The notes beneath the pieces are model-generated. The model ran no database searches. It was not told where the DNA came from and saw only the letters and a list, made by a program, of their open reading frames with translations. The position numbers and the translations under genes are program-made. From assembly GCA_002811645.1 (NCBI GenBank), contig PDIP01000078.1, positions 1 through 64,000 on the forward strand: a stretch of 64,000 nucleotides of DNA, written 5' to 3'. Below, piece by piece: positions 63,999 through 64,000 of the stretch (the first letter of the stretch is position 1; the number at the start of each line of letters is the position of its first letter). The DNA comes from Corallochytrium limacisporum Hawaii (lineage: Eukaryota > Protista > Pluriformea).

Positions 63999-64000
63999 TT

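Overview
Left end of a linear eukaryotic chromosome. It starts with a (CCCTAA)n telomere (TTAGGG type), followed by about 23 densely packed protein-coding genes, all of which read as single uninterrupted ORFs. The gene content mixes animal-type genes (SPIRE, TRIM37, SLC5A7/CHT1, tandem-GAF PDE, CCDC28, BORCS6, CREG, nurim) with ArgJ/Arg7, which animals generally lack. This points to an intron-poor unicellular holozoan, possibly Corallochytrium-like (inference). The best candidate for an undescribed system is the terminal 11 kb, which looks like a fatty aldehyde/alcohol make-and-export cluster. It holds a 2xACBP-fused, bacterial Acr1/Maqu_2507-type fatty acyl-CoA reductase, a divergently transcribed full-size ABCG transporter and an RDH11/12-like SDR. 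A ~94-bp inverted-repeat element sits in the shared promoter region of the first two. Other notable items: a two-WH2 SPIRE; a PEVK-like repeat protein whose stop codon interrupts a still coding-like frame; a membrane-anchored CREG with a dileucine motif; a bacterial-type flavin amine oxidase; and poly(dG:dC)/CnGn palindromes concentrated in upstream intergenic regions. Seven N-gaps (4375-4420, 13199-13432, 30610-30646, 33953-33967, 43099-43228, 45910-46011, 58119-58269) and probable homopolymer errors limit confidence in intergenic sequence. All family calls come from recalled motifs, not database searches. I could not support any tRNA, rRNA or CRISPR feature.
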